Source of the DNA: Botryllus schlosseri
Taxonomy: Eukaryota
Reading direction: 5' to 3'
Length of the DNA stretch: 64,000 bases
Assembly: GCA_051294905.1 (NCBI GenBank)
Contig: CM119371.1
Span: forward strand, 31,808,001-31,872,000
This document shows, piece after piece, positions 61,401-64,000 of the stretch; positions within the stretch are counted from its first letter, which is position 1; each line of letters starts with the position of its first letter. Below the pieces are notes generated by a model. It saw nothing but the letters and a program-made list of their open reading frames with translations. It did not search any database and was not told the origin of the DNA. The position numbers were made by a program, and so were the translations under genes.

Positions 61401-63442
61401 CTACTCAAGAACAAATAGAAGTATAGTGATCCCAAGGCAAGCCAGAACTACTTCAAGTGAAAATATAAAATGGGGACCTGAAAAGTACTCAAGTAAGTAG
61501 TTTTAAAAAGTAGATTTGGTCGAGGGGTCGCATATTGTGCCTTTTCGTGACCAACGGAATATGACTAATAATGCAACAAATAGCCGTTATTTTTGAAAAT
61601 ATGTCTTGCTATCGTGATACGCGGACTATTTCGCCTAGTGGCGATTACAATTTCATGCATTAAATAGATGCAAACATACCCCAACACTACTCTTTAACAA
61701 TACAAAGGGTCAACAGTAGGGGCTTGCCGAGAAACTGTTAATTAGAAGTTGAAATAGCCATTCGAGTAAGCAGGTCAAGTAGCAAAAATCTATCTGGGCA
61801 CTCCAAAAAAGTAGAAGCACTTCGTTGCTGACCACTTCTGTGTAATATTCGATTGGTCAATCCTCGCCATAGGCACACTGGCACACCTTAGCTCCTCTCG
61901 GGGATATAGTATTTTGTAGCGTAGCCTGTGCTAATTGGTAACTGCTATAGCTACGTCCATCCATCAGTGTTTCAGAAACTATCACTCTGTATGTGACATC
62001 TGTATGTCTGCTCTATCTATTCGGCCTTGATATTTCAACCGAATGGTTCACAGCTGATAAATTGGAAATTGGATCCATCCAACTATTAATGTTGAGTTAT
62101 AAAGTGATTCGTATTTAGGCTGTGACCATCTTACGGAATTTGGATCTATTTCAACGAGCTCGGAAATTTCAAGATATTTAGACATGGGCCGTATATCCTG
62201 TCGAGATAAGAATGCCGTGGGCGGTCGGGCGGTATTTAGCAATGGCAGTGAAGCAGTTCAAACGCAATGTCTTGCTGATGCTACGTGGAAAGATGTGAAT
62301 AACATAACTTGCCTGTATCGTGAGTAAATATGGACTCAAGTCTTCATTGAATTTAGGTTCTGGCCTTGTTTCTTGATCATCTTAGTTTGAAGTCACATGA
62401 AGAGTTCCGAGCACCAGACCAGGCAGGGGTTCCTAACTTAAGGGTCACAACCCCAGTGGGATCGTTTGTCTTTGTCTAGTGGTCGCAAAGACCAAAAATA
62501 ATAACAGTGATAATTACAAGAATGGTTGTTAACCGGATGCTATCAGTACCTCATTCTTGACAATTTTAGTTCGTTTTTTTTTATTAAAATGAAATAAAAA
62601 TCGACCTGGATGCGATCCTGGCAAACTGTGCAGATCAATCTAAGTGTCATTTTAAATCGTCACCTATCATATCGTAACCCTGGCATCTGATATCACTATG
62701 CAGAATAAAATGCCGGGTGAATAGAAATCAACAGGAGCAGAATATTCCCTTCCAGGAATACTACAAGTGACCGGTTGCGCTATGTTCAGAATGGACCTCG
62801 GACATATGAGCATGAGCGTGCGACATTATAGCATGCGACACTACGTCATGGAACAATTGAGCATGCGGCGGATCAGCATGTGGATTATATTACTGGTTAA
62901 GGGTGGGTTATGGATGGACTTATGGCTGGGTTAGGGTTATGCTTGGTGTTAGGATATATATAAAGGTTAATTTCAGGGCTATGTTTCGGGTTAGGGTAAG
63001 TTTTTAGGTTATAAAGTCACATGATGAAGTGACGCAAGCTCATGTGTCCCATGCGGAACTGTCGTTTTCCATTGTGTCGCATGCTTTATACGTTGCTATA
63101 TTCTTGAATCTTGATAGAGGTAAGTTGATCACTTCATAATTGCATAGACTTATTGCTGCTACTGCGCACAAACTCACCAGCTTTCAACATCGCTCTATAA
63201 AGTATAAGCGATAGTCAGTGATCTTCCTGCATCCTGTTTATAATTCTCCCATTGTAAAATGATTAGCTTTGTGCTTAATAGCAATCAATGCGGAGCTGCG
63301 CATCAATGGCAATCGGTACAGCGAAACTGTGAATTTGATTTACAACCAGTCGACTAATCACAATATTGCGATCTTGTTGAACTGCTCTATAAAGGATGAA
63401 GCAACGAGCGGAGTGGCAAAATTTATAATGAACAACAAACTG
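58423..63442 (+). CDS. Type I membrane receptor, copy B, 3'-incomplete. Exons about 58423-58546, 58691-59172, 62119-62319 (Sushi/CCP), 63267-63442 (Ig-like first half)
   Basis: Signal-peptide-like exon 1; intact phase 1-1 Sushi-like exon GCDHL...RISC...QTQCLADATW...ITCLY; possible frame break at the start of exon 2. Confidence 0.6.
59576..61296. mobile_element. hAT MITE with nested repeats
   Basis: CAGAGGTCTCAAAC TIR; perfect TSD GGTTAGAT; absent from copy A near 45016. Confidence 0.9.
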
Positions 63443-64000
63443 GTCAGTATCTTAATATCTTCTAAAAGCTAAAAATGTATATAAAAAATGACTTATCCCC
63501 TACAAGGTGATAAACCAAACTGATGGGGGGCATCATCTCCCAATTCTTTTTAACGCGACTTCTCAGCGAAGTTTTTTGTACTGTTTAGTGATTGAGCTTT
63601 CCTCACATAAACCACGCCAGGCGCGAAAAATATCAATCATTCATGGTTGAATCGGACTATATGATCGGGAATTGCATATATATTGTTGTTGATTTTCTTA
63701 GCCTCTCTCTGCTCATGTAATCAGATTTACCGCCAAAGTCGAGTGAGGTGTTCTGGAAAATGTCGGCCCCCTAAATAACAATCAGAGCAAGTTTTCAAAC
63801 TTTGGTGACTTTCTTTACAGCTTCCGACAGCTTCCTAAATACTCAGAAATAATGTAGTATGGTGTTTTAAGCTGTTTGTTAGAATCTTATATCCAGGGTT
63901 GCCATACCGTCCTTATTTCTAAGATTTGTCCTTATTTTGAAGGGCCACGTCTTAGAAAACTCAAATGTCCTTACTTCTAAGAAATGTCCTTATTTTCGAC

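Larger units (their letters stand above)
53575..63480 (+). repeat. Tandem segmental duplication of about 20941-22861 plus 40990-47420
   Basis: Colinear similarity of terminal exon, 3' flank, intergenic DNA and four receptor exons, with copy-specific TE insertions. Confidence 0.88.

Noticed and set aside
62895..63012. TTAGGG-like motifs as an interstitial telomere
   Set aside because: Few, degenerate and dispersed; they appear to lie inside a small inverted-repeat element.

Overview
Eukaryotic, intron-rich, AT-rich invertebrate genomic DNA. A tunicate-like chordate is plausible from the gene content but cannot be shown from this window. (1) 462-21084 (+): the 3' part of a plasminogen-like gene with 10 exons in the window (K1 second half, K2, K3, Thr-rich linker, trypsin-type protease). 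All splice phases are consistent, and one intron is GC-AG. (2) 22862-40981: an 18 kb non-autonomous hAT element with 8-bp TSD CCAACATG; the empty site is visible in the duplicated region near 55141. (3) Nested in it, 24043-40152: a 16.1 kb Maverick/Polinton-derived element with AGTAGT...ACTACT ends and a 6-bp TSD CATGTA. It is one giant palindrome (about 7.3 kb arms, 339 bp loop) and retains only an adenain-type cysteine protease per arm. I interpret it as an integrated snap-back, defective-interfering Maverick. (4) Its right arm carries a palindromic Penelope insertion (GIY-YIG fragment, minimal hammerhead ribozymes, 12-bp TSD). (5) 42100-49825 and 58423 to beyond 63442: two tandem paralogs of a type I membrane receptor (signal peptide, N-terminal domain, Sushi, Ig-like, TM, Tyr-motif tail), duplicated together with the last plasminogen exon. 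Copy A is disrupted. Many hAT MITEs with 8-bp TSDs and tRNA-derived SINEs fill the introns. All calls were made by eye; no database searches were run.
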